Assembly (NCBI GenBank): GCA_030141605.1
Contig: JAQGDQ010000256.1
Coordinates: forward strand, 248,001 to 312,000
Direction of reading: 5' to 3'
DNA: 64,000 nt
Source of the DNA: Tubiluchus corallicola
Lineage: Eukaryota > Animalia > Priapulida
The notes beneath the pieces were generated by a model. That model made no database searches, was not told the DNA's origin, and worked only from the letters and a program-made list of their open reading frames with translations. Shown here piece by piece: positions 37,275 through 52,200 of this stretch. The position numbers and the translations under genes are program-made. Numbering within the stretch: position 1 is the first letter of the stretch; each line of letters starts with the position of its first letter.

Positions 37275-40200
37275 GTGAGACTGTTTTTATTTTAGATTGT
37301 CTGGCAGTGACAATGTACATCTGTTTAATTGTTTAATTGTTTTTTCGAGACTCACACAACAATTTGTTTGCCTGCATATATGACTGTAATTCTGCTTAGT
37401 TTGAATCAAGGAGCTGTAAGATACAATTAAACCATTTTCAGGCACTTTTACCAGTACAATATTTTTTGAGTAGAGGGCAGTCCTAAATTTTGTTGGTTCA
37501 ATCCTTCCATCCAGTACAAATGTTACACTGCCACGCTGAGTAATCACGACCATATGGTGCATGCTTAGCAACCGAATTTAAGCATTGCTAAGCCTGGCCA
37601 GTAAATAGACGGGTAGGTGTCAAGAAAACTACTTCTGTAAGTTGTGACTGGTATAAAGCCTAACAGGATTTCCGGATCCATTCAGAGCACTGATTTCTTT
37701 GTTAACCTAGCTGACTTGTATGGATGTTTATCTGTGTTAGGTCTGAATTTTTAAAGTTACTTTTTTAAACTTTAAAACTGGCATGGAAGAGCTGTCCTTT
37801 GCAGTATTTTTAAATAAATTTTTGTTATAATTACACTCTGTCTGGCTTTCGAGTTTATTTTAAATTAAAAATTTCCAAGAAATACATAATACTGGCTGGC
37901 ACTTGCAGAGAGTATGTTATAGCAATTTAGCAAATTTCTTTGTTAAAGAACGCTGTTTCATTTTGTACTAGATTTTACGTATCACCCTTCCTTTAAGCGT
38001 TTTCTTGGAGAGCATTGGATGTGCAACGCTTTTTGTTTTCTATAAAAAACTTGAATTACACTTAACCTTAATTAAGCTTAATTTATGTTCTGTATGGTTT
38101 ACTGAGGATTAGTGTCTCCAAAATATCAGCTGTGCTGAATTTTCATGTATTAATTCTTTTAAAGAAAGAGCTAAGGTAAACCTTATGGCTGGTACGTTCT
38201 TTTAATTATTTACCCAAAAATTACTTATTCATCAATTGAGTTAGCCTGAGCCATGTTCAGTTTACACAGTTATGTACTCTATTAATTTCTTTCCTGCCCT
38301 CTTAGCATTATAAAAGCTTGCACACCATTTCATAAAATGCATTAAAATTGATTATCAAAGCCTGTAGGGTGATCGACATTTTGCGTGATCGACGTTTTGA
38401 TGTAAGTTACAGGGATAAAATATTGATGTGGCGTTCGGCACGTCGGCAAACTAAACAAATGGTGGGTCGATGCCTGATGTTTTCAAGAACTGCACGTAGC
38501 CACTGTCACTTTATACAAATAATGCCATTTAACTTTCTAAAACCAATTTTTGTGTTAAATATGTGATGATACATGGACAAGTCGATCTTATAATGTGGCC
38601 TTACTTTACACCAACCACAAAAAGATAAAAGCTAGTGTTGCTGATGTTGAATTTGAAACCATTTGTGCAGACTGTTTGAAATCGCTGCATTTTTAAAAAC
38701 AAAGTTGACTGCTGGTTGTACTATGGAATAGTCATTCAATATTATTAACTTTTTCTTAAAAGTATTAAATTCAGAAACAGTGCAATACAGCATGAAGACT
38801 AAATACAGAAAAGATTTGAATGAAAGAAACATTCATTCAGTATTGTAAACTGGTTACAAAAGCTAATTGAATTTGCCAGGAAGCAACACAACACAGCATG
38901 ACAAGTAAATAGGGAAAAGACCTGATTGCAAGAGAACGACATTCTTGTCACATTTTCTTTCTTACAAATGTGTTCCATGATTATGTTATGAACTTATTCA
39001 ACTGTCTGTGTTCAAAGCCATGTTCACTAGTACTCACCCTCTACTAGAATGTGATTTGTTAATAAGAGTGACATGTTTTATCATTGCTTCATGATAAATA
39101 AAGTTGCCGTTTTTCTTTAAATTTGAACCACCAATTGAAGTGGTATTTATTGTTGCCAGTCTGATGTTTTTGAATTTTTGCAAAATGGTCTGTAGATTTG
39201 TTTGATTTAATTTTTTAGATTCGTCTTGCATTGCAGCTTATATTTGATACTTTTGATAACACTTGATACTCAAGAAAAGTCAACTACAACGGATTACTTA
39301 TTTTTTGCTTAGGACATTTCATGTAGTTCACCCTGGAAAATTTGTTTGCAAGAACACCACTCATCATGCAACTAGCTTTGTACATTCCAGTCAAAGTGTT
39401 CTTATTGGAAAACACTATGGTGTTTTATGTCATCTTATGGAGGAAAGGGCTAGGTAACTTTTTGCTTCTAAAATATTTATGTTCGATTAGAATTGATTAT
39501 TGTGAAGGAAACAGTGTTTCACCTTGCAAGATTAATTGCAATATGACACTGTTACAAAATCAATAGTGTCAAATTGCAATGTATCATATAGAATCCTAAA
39601 AAACACTATCTGTAATTAAATTTCATATTACTGTGAAAACAATAACCACGTGTATTATGCTAATGGGCAAAAACTTGCCAGATTGCTCAGAAATTTCAGT
39701 TTAAGAATTAAAATGAAGACAAAATTTTATTTTTGGAAAAACAGAAATTCCAGTTTCTTTGCATATGAACAATTGACTGGACAAAATTCGTTATCCTGAT
39801 TTTTTATACCTCTATCACTGTCTTGAGTCAAAATGTTCAAAAAATAACTGGTGCTTTTTTCTTTTCTGAAAAGTATATAATGAAACTCTGGATTGGTGCA
39901 AAATAAAAAGTCATTATTTAGCAACAGCAGGAGTCAGTCTTTTTCTGTGTGACACAAATTTAAGCACTTACTTCTGTAAACTTAAATAAAATTAAAAAGA
40001 ACCCAACACGTAGTAAGTGCAAGCTTGGCACAAACAGTGGCATCATATTGTTATGCTATTTAAGCTCATTTCCCAGTTCCAGGTTAACATGATTGTTTAA
40101 AAACACTAATGCTTCAACTTTAATCTTCTTCATAATTGCTAGGTTCTTCTGAAGACATTTAACAATAAGAAACTGAAACTCTGTCTTAAATTTCATTGAC

Positions 40201-43200
40201 GTGCAACCAAGAAACATTGTCAGTCATTATTTTCGCCATTTTATTGATATGATACTTTGCCCTCTTTTGCTTAACACTGTCTGTTTCATAAAACTATTTC
40301 TAATCTTAAAGTCTATCAGTATTTATTTAATATTAGAATTGACATTTTTTATAAATTATATTGTTTGGATTTGTTGGTGAAAATTAGAGCATGAAGATGC
40401 AGAACTGTGGATGCAAAATTGTGTGGCTTCACAATTGGTAACATGGTTTATTTAATGTTATTTTGGCATGTTGTTATAACAAAACAGAATATGCATCATT
40501 ATTTGATACATTCAGAGAATTGAATACATGCTAGTACATACTTTACTTTGCTTACTAAACTATTCTTTCAGGTATTTGTTGTTACGAGATTGCATACAGA
40601 GATTGCATGCTATTTCTGGCTTTGTGCATGGTCTGCAGCGGATTGCTAATGATGAGTACCAGATGCTTCATCAAATTCAGAGATCACCATTAGGTAAATT
40701 CTTCAAAATTGTCTGTGTGTGATTGAACTATGTTTTAACTTTAAACATTGAATGTATGTCACTATGTCGTAAGTACAACTGTACAGTTATACAAGTGAAT
40801 CAAAAGGATTATTGCAATATGAGCCTCATTTACTAGCATTAGGACAGGCATGAAAAGTACATTAAATCTAGGAGGCTTCCTCTTTCTAGCTACTAATGGG
40901 CCAGGACAGTTATACCACATTCGGAGCAATCAACTTGTGGCATTAGATTTCGTACTTGCTATTCCTAAAACCTCCAGATTTACAAATGATGAATTTGAAA
41001 TCAACGTACCTGCACATATAATGTGAATGGTACATTAAGCCACAAGTTATTTAGATCTATGCTAGCTTTGTCAGCAAAATAACCGTCTTGCACAAGTGGG
41101 ATAAAAATGATTATTGTTGCAGAATATAAAACTTCTTTCCCTTGAGATTCCAATTTGATCAACTCCTAGTTAACATTTCTTGTAAAATGACAATACTGCT
41201 AGACAACAACATGTTTCTACAGTATAACCTGTGGTCTAAATTAAAAGATTTTTTAATCTCACCAAAAAAGTATAGAATTTGTCTTTGCTCTGATCAAGTT
41301 AAACTTGTACATAAGTGAATTAAATGCGTGAAAGCAATGCTAAATTTGAATGTCTGAAAAATGTTACACTTCCACTGGGATTCGAACTCAAGACCTTCTG
41401 CTTTCCTGGTAGCTATACTAAGGTTGGTTTGATTGATCTTTGCATGTTAAATTACCGATTTTTTCTTGGACACGCAACTGTTATTGTCGTTTGGGATTAC
41501 TGTGCTTAATCTCCATTATTTATATTGATATAACCGTGCGGCTTGTCTAACTATGTTCCTTAATAGTTATTGATATAGCCAATGTTTTAGTGTTATTGAT
41601 GAAGTACAACATCTCTTCACCCACAAAATGAATAGAGCTGCGATCAATTCTTCTAGCTTGAAAACGATTTATTATCAGTTGTGTAAACTTGTCAGTCCCG
41701 AGTTTTGCCGACTGTAAAGCACATGTCATAAACGTATGGCTAAAATTATTGCACAATGCAGGAGCGAATGCATGGCTACATGGTTGCCACTCTAAGTAGG
41801 CATAAAATATTCAGGGCCAGTGTTGCAATAGCTATTAGCATGATTTTACTGATCAGCATCATATAATCACTTGGGGAATTATACGTGAGTGAATAAAAAC
41901 AGTGCTTCTAATGCAGGCTTTATGGCATGTGCGTGCTATAAGGAATTTTTAAAGAAGAACAATTTTGGACTGCTTACCAAATTACACTTGCCCAATTTGG
42001 CAATCCTTAGTCATTTTTCTTTAATAGTTATGGTTTCTGTTTTGTTTTTTTTTTGTCAAACAACCTACAGGCACTTCTTGAGATGTCTTAGTGTTGCTGA
42101 CTTTGTTGTATTGGTGATGTCACATCTGCAGTTCGAATTTGTGGTAGTAGATCAATCGAGCTACTCCCTAGGTGCCCCAAATAAAAAACCCATATAACTG
42201 GTTGTGTTGGCTGTCTACAGCTTTTGAATTTTCTGTATGGATAGGCAAGTCACAGATATTACTTACAACTACAATGGCTGATGCTGTTAACACCACTCAC
42301 TCTAATTTTCATGTCTGTTTTATACGCTTTCTTGCAAATGTGCCACTGCCTAATTTACTTCCAACTTATATTGACTACAGTTTTTAGTTTGAGGCTTAAG
42401 CATCCCGCAAATGACAAGTAAATGAAAAATGCTAGTATTTTGTGAACTATGAACAATTTCACAAATGTTTTACAGTGGATTTGTATTTTTTTCTGCAACC
42501 TCAATGAAACTTTCTACTGATTGAATATTATTTCTCAGTTAACTGTCAGATTTGCTCTGACTGTAATGTTTACTGTTATAAGTTAGTAAGTGAAGTTTAT
42601 TCTACAAATGTGCCACCGTTACTGTTTGTTGTAAGCTGTACTGTTCATGAAGGACTAGTGTTGCACCAGCCTCCTACAAAACAGAACTGGTCATGATTTC
42701 TTCTCCTGGATGGATCCATCTACATAGAACAAGCTTCCTATGTCAGCTAGACTTTCAACATCGGTAAACGTTTTCAAGAATTCATTAGATGAACATTTTA
42801 GAGAGCTCTTGCTGAACTATGATCATCGAGCTTTAGTATCCCTGCCATCTCTACATATGCTTGATCATGCATTGTACTAAATCAATGTTCTGTATTGTCA
42901 TAAATTTGTATTATTAACCATGCGTGCTAAAGTTCTTCAGAACTACATGAATAATAAACTGCTACTACTAAAAAAAATCCACTGTGATAATTCACAGTAA
43001 GTGCACTGGTGTTCAATGTGTTTCGAGGGAAATGTATTCTTAAAGTATTCTATAAAAATTAAAGTCATAAGAATAATAGGGAGTATTTGAATACCTAGAC
43101 TTTCAATAGTTGCTCAATGAAAATGTAAAAAACCTTCTTACACTATTGGGGCAAATTTAGCTGAAAAGATTACCAAACCTAATGCACAGTTTGCTATGTA

Positions 43201-46200
43201 TTTGACTGATAATTACCCAAATTCTTTCTTTTTTGAACCAGTAATACCTTCTGATGTTATCTAAATTTGCAAAACACTCATTCCTAACAAAAGTTCAGGC
43301 GTTGACAGCTTATTACCGAAGATTATTTCAGATATTATTCCTTATATTGCGATTCCGATGTGCCACATTATTAATTTATCTCTCAGTCTTCGCAATGTAC
43401 CTGATAAAATGAAGGAATCTGTGGTTATACCCTTGTATAAAAGTGGAGAAAATACTAGCTTAAATAATTACCGGCCTGTTTCATTACTGCCATTCTTTTC
43501 TAAAATTCTGGAGAGATGTGTTCACAATCAGTTATACAAATATTTAATCAATCATAATATTCTTAATGATAATCAATTTGGCTTTCGAAAAGGTTTTCCC
43601 ACTGAGTTAGCACTAATTAAAGTATGTGAATAAATTGTAAACACGATAGAAAAAAATTTGATAGCTGCGGGTATATTTTGTGACTTTTGTCGAAAGCATT
43701 TGACAATATGGACCATTCAATTCTTTTTCATAAACTCTCATATTATGGTATTCGAGGTTTGGCCTATAACTGGTTTGAAAATTATTTGTCTAACAGAATC
43801 CAAGTAGGCAGATGTAATAATTGTCTTTCTAAATCTCAAACTATAACATGCGGTGTGCCTCAAGGATCCATGTTAGGACCGTTATTATTTTTAATTTACA
43901 TAAATGATCTAAGCAAGTTACTAAATAGAAATTTCAATTTGCCGATGACACTACTTTGTTTTTTGACTTGTGTTATCACTCTGTTTCAGAAATAAATGAA
44001 CTTTTAAAATTAATTGCTGATTGGTTCAAGGCAAATGTACTATCATTAAATCCTACAAAAACAAAATGTGTTATTTTCCATTCCAGAAATAAAAAATTGC
44101 CTGATAATTGTACCCTATATATTGATGGAGTAGTTATTTAAAAAGTTAGAACTATAAAATTTTTAGGTGTTATGCTTCATGAAAATCTTGATTGGAGGCC
44201 CCATATTAATTATATAAGTTCAAAAATTGCAAAAAATGTTGGCATCATCTCAATTATTAAAAATAAATTACGCAAATTTCACTTAATAATACTATATAAC
44301 TGTCTAATATTACCCTATTTAACTTACTGTTGTATTCTATGGGGGAAAACATATCCAACAAACTTAAATTACTTAGCCAGACACCAGCGTAAGTGTTTGA
44401 GAATCACTTATAATTTAACTAAACAAGCCCCAATTGAACCTATACCCTTTTATAACTGAGGAATTTTAAATTTAGATAACTTAGTTTCTTACCACCTTGC
44501 TATCTATCTGTACAAAACACAGTTTATTACCCCCGCATTTCATAAATCCCGTCGTACTTAATCACCAACATCACTTCACTAGATTTAATGAATATTATAT
44601 TCCATTTTGCAGGACCAGTGTTACCAGACACTTTTTAAATTAAAATTTACCGCTCCAAATCTATGGAGTAAAATATCAATTTATGTGACAACACATCGAA
44701 AATTATATGGCTTTAAGAAATATGTGGAATCTCTTCTGCTCAAATCTTACTTATAATGCATTTTTTGGGTTTTGCAGTGAAGTGCGATAATTACAGTACA
44801 TCCCGCTACTGGTTACATTACAGTTTATATTTTCATGCGTTTGTGTCACGTCTCTGCTGAACTCGTTTCTATTTCATTTCTCTTTTTCTCTATCTTTGTC
44901 TATTATTTTATCTTAACTATTCTCTGTTTTCCTATTTTTTCTCTTGTTAAGCAGTTTTTTCTCCACTTTTCATGGTGGTCTTACAAGCTTTGCTTCTTGA
45001 CCACCATGCAGCATATTTTTCCTGTTGATAAATTATTATGTAGTTAGTAATTATATTAATATAATTCTTTTACAATTATTGTGATTACATTGATTTGAAA
45101 TGTAATACATGTAGTTGATTTGATATATAGTTACAATGCGATGATGTAATCATGCTGAAGTGGACAATAAATTACAAATTACAAATTACAAAATTGCATT
45201 AGGCAAGTTAAGATTCAGCAGTCAACAGTAGTGCCTGTTTAATGTACACAGGTGTTTATGACAGTACGCTGAATGTAGTTGAGTCCAGCTTATTATTAGG
45301 AATGATCTTCTGAGAAGAAACACTAAGCCGTGAAAAGTGCCTTAGCCATATTCGAATCCATGTACAATGTATATTCACTCTGAGTGAGTTAAACAGCCGA
45401 CGGCTGTATGGCAGAAACTATGACATATCCATTTGCTAACCTGGCTTGGCATTACTTAATTTCAGACACTGAGTACACACTGTGACCACTCAGCTGTACA
45501 TCTTGTATCCAGTGGAGAAAACTTATCAGAGGAACTAATAAATTTCTAAGATTTTTTTCAAACATATTGTATCATATAGAATTAGTGGAACAAACTAACC
45601 TTGCAACTTTGGATATTCATTGCATATAGTCTACATAACTGTTTGCAATATCCCATACCTGCAATGTATAGGGTGCCTCAAAAGTAACTGTAAGCTGATT
45701 TCTAATTTTCTTTTTAAACTTATTTCCACTCTCAGCAAGCTCTTATGTGAATCAAAAGGGGCCTTTGACTTTTCTTTTTATTTATTTTTTGACTTGCTAT
45801 AGCAATGACAGCAGCAACCTTTGAAACGAGGTGCAAAATCATCGTGGCATAAGCCCTTTGATCACCAAGTCATGTTCAGTGAAACTTCAGAGCACCATAT
45901 GGACTACATTGTTTTCTCACCACGAACAATGTAGTTTTTCAACACACTGCATTCCTCTAAACTCATTGATTGCAAGAGACTTGGTCTCTGAAGCTCTTGA
46001 GGTCCGTGAAGAAGGTAGTGAAAATAGCAAAGCCTTCTCGTGCAGTACTTGATTTCAGATTTTCATCTAATTTGACTAAAATAATTGCCCAAAGCTTCTG
46101 TTCATCTGTACCAATTTTCAGACATTCTGTTTTGATTTTTAAAGAAATATAGAAAATTTTAACTGTATACATACTGTATAGTGAGTTCTGAGATAGCTTA

Positions 46201-49200
46201 TCCACAAAAGCTTTTCTGTGTCTTATTTGTATTTCACTTTTGAGTACTTGTACTCTATTTTTTCGTACTTGCATTACTTGTACTTTTGTTTGTTCTTATT
46301 GATGAAGTTGTTTTCGAACTTGTGCTAGTTCTTCACTTAGTGGATAATGAATGCATCACATGTTTGATGTTTTATCATTAAGGCAGTCAGTTCCTAAAAG
46401 CTTTTTCAGCTGTATTGATTTATGATGTTTTCGTTCTTCTTGCAGTGACACTGCCAATGCTTTGGCACTTACAATGGTAAAACTGGTTAAAATTTTATCG
46501 TGCCCTTTCTCAAGGAGTAGCTTTCGTAATTTCCGCAAATGCCGTCTTTAGCCACTTTTACGTAAACAAGTCGCTTTTAAGTCATGCAGCCTAAATTATT
46601 AATAACAAATACTCATGGCACAATTAAGCTTCGTGTGAACTAGTGTGAAAAGTAGTGATTGTGCGTAATACACATAGGAAATGATGATTTTGTACAATAG
46701 AGACCATGCTTTTCTGCTCCCTTAATGTATAGTCTTGTGTAGTATCATATTCTTTATGACGAAAATGTAATTTGTGTTCATTTGAAACTACTAAGTTTCA
46801 TTGTATGAATAAACTTGATTGCAGTAAAATTATTATGATAACAAGTTGATTATCTTAGTCACCTAAATTAGCAACACACAGAATAAGAGATTTGTGTCTA
46901 ATTTTAACATGATATGTTAATAATGGTGTTATGTGACTGGCTTTACATTATAATTTCATCTCCTAAATTACATTTGCCTTATCACAGTGGTACCATTTAT
47001 AAAGTATTTGATGCCAAATGATTCATCTTAGTCTGGTGTGATTTTGTTAATCAGTTTTTTTTTCAAATCAGGACTACTGGTGAAAATCTGAAGCGAGAAC
47101 ATTTATTCTTTAGATGTAGACTCATTCTTTGCAAAACTATTTCCTTTTTTCAAGAACTGGAATATGTACAAGGGGAATTAACCATTGGTTGGCTATCTGT
47201 TGATCTTAGGGTGTTGTAGGCATATTTGAATTTTTGAAGGCCTACAGCATTCCGCAGTCTGTATTTTTACAAACTGACCCACTTGATTTTTCAAATTTTG
47301 CCTAACCATTATTTAAAATATGCTGCCCAAGTGCCTTGGTAATAGTTTTTTAATTTTTTCATTAAAACAGATAGACTCAGTTCCAAGCTGTAAAAGGTTG
47401 CTTTCAGAATTATATCTATTGGATTAAATTTGTGGATTCCAGTTTTTGTTTCTAATTGCTAGGAAAGCACTTGGCTTCACTTGCATCATTATGTCATCTC
47501 TTGTTTTACCTTAGCTTAACAGTGGGGATTATCACCCTAACAACAGTTAACAGCTAGATTAAAAAACTATTATACATATAAGAGTTACCCCTTTTTCCTG
47601 GCCTTGTGAATGTGTGCTCCCAAAATTAATGAAATTATCTACTGAAACCGAAAAAAGTATGAGCTAAGCTTTTACAAATTCAGCTTCAGTGCCTTGTTTG
47701 CAAAGTGATATTTTTGCAACATATCCTCAGATACATTATGCGTTTCTGACACAGAAAGCCAGCACCCTGTTGCATTATTGTGCGAGCAATTACATGTACA
47801 AAGTTGGTAGCACTGATTTTACAACCTAACTACTAGCATCATCCAGTGTAGCATGGTTTTATAAGCTGGATTAGCGTAATATATGCGCTTGAAGATTCAT
47901 GCATTTGAACCCCCCCCCCTGTAAAACTCACAAACATTTACAGCATGCAGTTTACAGTATCTCTATATAATATATTATAGTAACACGTGAATCTTGAAAA
48001 ATTTGTAAGTATTTAAAAAACGAAGATAATCGGAAGTGCAAAACTGTGAAAAATACAAAACAAACCTGGACAAGGTAATTAGATGTTATAATTACTTTAA
48101 ATTACAAGTTCTAATTGATTGGCATTGTTTAAACTCATATGGTGCATGAGCAATGTTCTTTTTTTTAGTAGAATGCCCATTTGTGCTTTAACTTCTACGC
48201 ACTTCTTACTTAATACCATTTCTTTGGGAATTACTCATGTAATATTCTTGTGTGGAGAAATTTACCTTGCAGCATCTGTGATTTATTTGATTACTTTTCT
48301 GTGACAGGTGAAATAGCCGTCACCTCTCACCTGGAATTCATTAACGACATCTGCGAGGGATTGAGGCAGCACATGCACCACTGGACTTTTATCAAGCAAC
48401 GTCTGTTGCATGATCGATGGCTGCAGGCAGCCATGTTGGAAGTGCTGACAGAAATGAAAAGTGTGCATGCGCTGCTGCTACAGATGCTTGAGAAGGCAGT
48501 TTACTTGACTGACCGTTTCATTTTTACTAGTCTGCAGGTTTGGCTTGTTCTTGTATGTTTTGTATAAATTATACCCTATATATTATTAGGGATGCACCAG
48601 ATCAGAAATCCAGTAAAAATTTTTGTCCAGATCTGGTCCGGGTATGGTGAGAAACATCTGGTATTTACTTTTTTTTATAAGAAACCTAAGTAGATGCAGC
48701 TTTTTTTCAATTGCGATTGACAGAATAGCCAGAAGCTACTGGCCAGCGGCTAAAAATTACATTTTTTGTTACATTAAATTTTGCAGTTTTGAGTATTTGG
48801 TTGACCTTCAAATTTATAGTTTTCAATATTTGGTGCCTTTATAGAAGTTTTAAAATCACATCATTTTAGTTCTTGAAGTCTAAAGCGTTGCAAGTACATT
48901 GCAACTATTTAATTCATATATTTGTAAGCATGCTACTGCTGCAAAAGCTGCAAATCAATCAACTAGAAGGTGTTTATACCAGTGCCCGGCAATCAAGGAA
49001 TAATCAAGTCTCACCAGCTAGATGGTCTGGTGGATAGTCCAGTCTGGATCTGGTGCGGCTTCTGATAACAGAAATCTGGTGCTACGTACCTTACATATTA
49101 TACCCACCCTATGTGTATAATATTTTCTCAGGCTGATTACTTTCGAAGAATATTCTACAGATACTGAAGCCATTACAACTTATTCTACTGAGAACAGTAA

Positions 49201-52200
49201 ATCCTGAGTAGAATAATTGTTAGGAAGGAATCTAAGTCTTATTGCAAAAATGTCATTATAAAGGCTTCGGATAAATTGTCTGCCACATTTAGCCAATTTA
49301 ACGTAAAAATGACAAGACAAAACATATCTAATGATTTAATAGTAAATCGTAAGATAAAAAAGTTATTTGGTCAACCCAACAACAAGTAAAAAGAAAATTA
49401 AGTGTGGTAACCGCCATAGGCAAGAATGTCAAAAATCAATCTCAAAAAATAAATAGAAAGAAAATTAGTTGCATGTTACTACAGTAAAAAACTACCTACT
49501 GTATATATACCTACATACTACATATGTTTCTGATTGATTATACATCTATAGGTGAGTTGCTGAGTTTAAGGATTATTTAAATTTTGTCATATTTTTTCAG
49601 GTATTTGCTCATACTACTCTAGAGACAACAACGAATGATGTGTTGTGGGATATATCTCGTGGTTTGGAGGAGTTTAACAGTATTGTGTCGACAGTGACTA
49701 GGAACAGTAACTTTGAATTGGTCAGTAGGTCCGAGAGGTATAAAGAGCTTCATTTACGAAACATATTAGATGCAAGGCAGTCGAACTTGCAATGCACCGT
49801 GCTATGTCATGTGCATGGTATGCCATTTAGAGAATTGTTAAAACTTATAGGCAATGAACGCTCAAAGTACGCGGCAGCGCTACTGTATAAGTTTTTAGTG
49901 ACTAATAAGGATTTTCGTGATAGTGTTAATTGCAAGCTTTCTGTGGTAAATTGGAGATCATGTCTGGCTAGTGCTACATCAGACAGAGTGAAACAAGCTC
50001 AAGGTGATTCGGATTATTGTAGCGCCACCACGTCTAGTTGCATTTGCGCCGACATTCAGCTATATTCAACTGCGATAGACCTCTCTAATGAGATTTCTCC
50101 TTTGCCGGACTTTGCTAGGCGGGAGCAAGGTTTCGCTTTGAAGTTTTTCGAGGTTGTACTGCAATGTACCAGTTTCATTCGCAGCCCAATATATAACTCT
50201 CCTAAACATGATAACGATGTGGAGAAGTCGGATGTCGCTGCTGCTACATCGGAATGGAAAAAGAGGAAGTCTGTTCGATGGTGTGATACTGTAAATCCTT
50301 TAGCCAAAGTGAGCACAACTCATGTTTGAATAGTTTTAGAATAACATAATATTTAAACATCTCATGAAGTATCTTGAAGTATCTAACTGTTTTCTAATGT
50401 GGAACTAGAGAGTAAAAAGTCTGAAAATATGGTCTTGCTATCATTTGTTGTTATATTTAAAGTCTTTCTTTATTACGCTTTGGCTCACTGCAAACCAGAA
50501 TTTAGTTTTCAATGGCAAGCTAATTAACTGAATGTTTGTGGTATGGTCACAACCTAGCTCATTATCAAGGACATCCCCCGAGAAGAGCCACTGAGGCAGC
50601 AGAAGGATGTCAACCTCATTCAGAGGTGTACACATCATCCCTCTGCAAGTTGGACAGTCTGGGTCAGTGCAGCATATTCCAGAGTAGGTATCGATCCTAT
50701 TCACGTAAAAGATTCACGCCTAATCACTCTGCCAAGACCCCGCCACCAAGTGTGTTTATAATGTCATGTCACGCCATTTAGGTTGTCAAAGTTTTTTCGG
50801 TAAGTATTTTGGCAATTTCATTGTTTGGTAAGTAATTGTTATTATCATGGTCATTTATTTTTGAACACGCCCACACACACCACCGTTGTTAGGATGTCTT
50901 TATCACACAGTGTTTTTGTAGGAAAAAGGGTGAAAAAATGGTCATTTTTTGCAGCACCATTGGTGACGTGGGAATCTTTTACAAATGCCTCTTCCAGGAT
51001 GATGGTTTATAATTTATTTATTAGAACATCATATATTCTAATAACGTATGAATATATGGTATTAATTATTGTATTAAACTTTGACAGGTACATACATGCA
51101 ATCATTACATGGACGTAATGTGGGAACGATTTGGATTCCACTTTTTACAGCAGTTTTATCAGCATTCTTGGGGGTTGGTTCATTGTGATCCAGATCATCT
51201 CGGCCATATTGCATCGCTTCCAGACTCCGTCATCATGATTGTTGTTCAGATGTTGCGACTTGTGTGTTCCAAATCTGATCGTAAGTCTGCTTGTTAATTG
51301 GTAGTTTGTTAATTTTGAATTTATTGCTCATAAAGCTTTATGCAACTGTATTTTGGCAGCTAGCTTAATGTTGCTAAGCCGTTGAAACTGTGACTGCATA
51401 AAGGTGTGTAATTGTGAGAATTCATAATCCAAGCAAAAAAAACTATAAGAATAATGTCTGCAGAACTAATCGTGTGGTGTAAGTTTCAGAATGTCAGACA
51501 AATGCTATTGCGCTGTAAATTTTACCTCAAAGTGACAAATGAATTAAAGCTTGGCACTCAGAATCATGCAGGTGTTAGTTTATTTATTAAATTATTTTTG
51601 TTTCAGCTGAAACCTATCCTGCAGCTTCTCTGCTTGTGCTTGACGATGTTTGTCGTAAACTTCACCAGGTGGCGTCACACACACAGTGGGATGTAGGTAG
51701 GGTTTGCTTTTCTCCCCTCCCTGCTTGTAGCGGCCACACAACCTTGTCTTTCCCTCTGCACTTGGACTGGATTGGATTTGTTTTGTCACTGCTGGCTGCT
51801 CTAACTGTAGGATTCAAATTTATTTCAGTTAATTTTAAAATGCAAAAGTCCGTATTTTTGGAATCAAGTGCCTTAAAATTTATAAAGAATGATATAGAAC
51901 TTGTTCATTTAGACTCGTACTTAAAAAACATTGTTTGGTTAGGGAATTCATCCGACTATAATTTTTTACCGTAGAGTGTAAAAATTTTATAGACATTAGG
52001 GTGCCAAGCATTATTTTCCAAAAATACTGAAATAACAACATTATGGCACGACCAACATTTGACAATATAAAGCTAAACAAGAAGATGATAGCACTTTAAT
52101 GCTGTCTTTGTTGCCGTTCCAACAGGAATTAGTTCAGTTCAAGCACATTTTATTTTAATGTGCAATCTATAAAAGGTAGAAGTGGCAATTGTAATTAAGT

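Noticed and set aside
38368-38460. Possible extra CCDC142 exon
   Set aside because: Its phases (2 in, 0 out) would break the frame between exons 1 and 2.
45665-46600. Possible DNA-transposon coding relic starting TAGGGTG
   Set aside because: No partner TIR, TSD or catalytic motif could be established.
50441-50800. ORFs on both strands and a donor-like GTAAGT in intron 5
   Set aside because: Exon 5 joins exon 6 in frame without them, and there is no recognisable motif.
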